Assembly (NCBI GenBank): GCA_963828525.1
Contig: CAWHEP010000014.1
Location: forward strand, 64,001 to 128,000
Direction: 5' to 3'
DNA length: 64,000 nt
Source of the DNA: an uncultured Verrucomicrobiae bacterium
Lineage (GTDB): Bacteria; Verrucomicrobiota; Verrucomicrobiia; Chthoniobacterales; Chthoniobacteraceae
The translations under genes and the position numbers were made by a program. Shown one piece after another: positions 62,857 through 64,000 of this stretch (its first letter is position 1; each line of letters opens with the position of its first letter). A model generated the notes under the pieces. That model did no database searches. It was not told the DNA's origin and saw only the letters and a list, made by a program, of their open reading frames with translations.

Positions 62857-62969
62857 TTGTTTTTTTCTGCTTCACCGCGCGGGCACGACTACGGATCAGC
62901 AGTGCCCGGCCAGCAAGCCGGAAGCCGCCGAAGCGGGCCGTTGCGAACCCCTCTTCGCGCGGTCGCGGC

Positions 62970-63182
62970 CTACTTCGGAGTAGGGCTGGCTACGCTGGAG
63001 TCATCATCATCGTGGTGGTGATGGTGATAAGGGCATTCGCCCTTGCCGCATTTACCGTCGTCACACTTTCCCGCATCCCCAGCAGGCGTGGGAGATGGCT
63101 GAGGATCGGCGGCATACAGTCCAGCGGACAGGGCCATCAATAGAGCGGCGGCGATGGAGAGGGGGGCGAGCTTGGTTTTCAT
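62970..63182 (-). CDS. Small secreted Cys/His/Asp-rich peptide
   Basis: Sec signal ending GLYA-A; mature part ...AGKCDDGKCGKGECPYHHHHHDDDD... Confidence 0.7.
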   Translation of the reverse strand: MKTKLAPLSIAAALLMALSAGLYAADPQPSPTPAGDAGKCDDGKCGKGECPYHHHHHDDDDSSVASPTPK

Positions 63183-63257
63183 GATGACTGCCTATATACA
63201 CCATCCTGGGGAAGAAATCTCGCAAAACGGCCCGGACTTTTTCAGAGACCAGCTCCG

Positions 63258-64000
63258 TCAGTCCAGCGTCTCGCGATAGCGTTTGATCCCGACGATCAGC
63301 ATCACTCCCGCGAACAGCGCGATCGGCCACAACTCCCGGCTAACCTCCGGCAGGCCATTGCCCTTCAACAGGATGCCGCGGACAATTCGCAAAAAGTGAG
63401 TTAACGGGAAAGCCTCTCCCACGAATTGCGCCCACCGCGGCATGCCACGGAAGGGGAACATGAAGCCGGAAAGGAGAATCGAGGGGAGAAAAACAAAAAA
63501 GGTCATCTGCATGGCCTGTAATTGATTCTTGGCGACCGTCGAGAAGGTGATCCCCATGGCCAGGTTCGCGGCGATAAAGACGAGAGCAACGACGAGCAGC
63601 AAAGGGATGCTGCCATGCATGGGCACATGAAAAAGCAGGCGGGCGGCGGTGAGGATGACGGCCACCTGTATGTAGCCGATGATGATGTAGGGGGTTATCT
63701 TTCCGATCAGCACTTCGCTGGGGCGAGTCGGCATCGCGAGGAGGTTCTCCATGGTGCCGCGTTCGCGTTCGCGGGTAATTGCAAGACCCGTGATCATGAT
63801 CATTGTCATGGTGAGGATCACTCCCATCAGCCCGGGGACGATGTTGTATTGGGTTATGGCTTCGGGATTGTAGAGCGAATGCACACGCAAATCGATCGGG
63901 CCGGGAGTGCCGTTCAGGAAGCCAAGCGCTCCCTTTAGATCGTTGCTAAACGCGTTGTCGATCAATGGCGTTAGCGCGCCGAGAGCGATCCCCGTGGCAG
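63258..64000 (-). CDS. ABC-2 type transporter permease (YbhR/YbhS-like), 5' end outside window
   Basis: YNP, IVPGLMG, RERERGTMENLL, GKITPY, LLSGFMFP, PLTHFLRIVRG. Confidence 0.9.
   Translation of the reverse strand, partial: ATGIALGALTPLIDNAFSNDLKGALGFLNGTPGPIDLRVHSLYNPEAITQYNIVPGLMGVILTMTMIMITGLAITRERERGTMENLLAMPTRPSEVLIGKITPYIIIGYIQVAVILTAARLLFHVPMHGSIPLLLVVALVFIAANLAMGITFSTVAKNQLQAMQMTFFVFLPSILLSGFMFPFRGMPRWAQFVGEAFPLTHFLRIVRGILLKGNGLPEVSRELWPIALFAGVMLIVGIKRYRETLD

Overview
GC-rich bacterial chromosomal window, most consistent with Verrucomicrobiota/PVC. This is an inference from the DUF1553/DUF1501/planctomycete-type cytochrome c cluster, a prepilin/H-X9-DG-type protein, and a BlaI plus M56 pair. 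It holds about 49 densely packed CDSs and no recognisable rRNA, tRNA, CRISPR array or intact transposase. In order, the content is: araD (3' part); a UvrD/PcrA helicase; an in-frame HldC-type adenylyltransferase-PurN fusion; an M29 aminopeptidase; a heparinase II/III-like lyase; a FucP-like permease; a Tat-exported NHL propeller divergent from a cytochrome c-LRR/DUF1553/DUF1501 operon, with a LacI-type palindrome at the shared promoter; GH15; a TolC-MacAB-type exporter; a large FlgD-like/propeller protein; a Tat-exported AKR-FeS protein lacking the usual catalytic residues; an M3 peptidase-oppABCDF operon; a ferritin-like gene; a YdbH/AsmA-like repeat protein with a YnbE-YdbL fusion; trmD; a FitA-like/VapC toxin-antitoxin islet; a carboxylesterase; BlaI/M56; an AKR; DUF2071; ABC-F; a TPR-alpha-2-macroglobulin-PBP1C operon; folB, dciA-like and ferredoxin genes; a small secreted (xGKCx)3/His-rich peptide; and an ABC-2 permease (partial). 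Several genes carry single-base frameshifts. Three of them map to GTAC read as GTACC, which suggests a motif-specific (possibly methylation-linked) sequencing artefact rather than true pseudogenes. The best candidates for undescribed biology are the putative sugar-regulated cytochrome c/DUF1553/DUF1501/NHL module, the HldC-PurN fusion, the HvfA-like metal-binding peptide and the YnbE-YdbL fusion. All family calls come from motif recognition by eye; no database searches were run.
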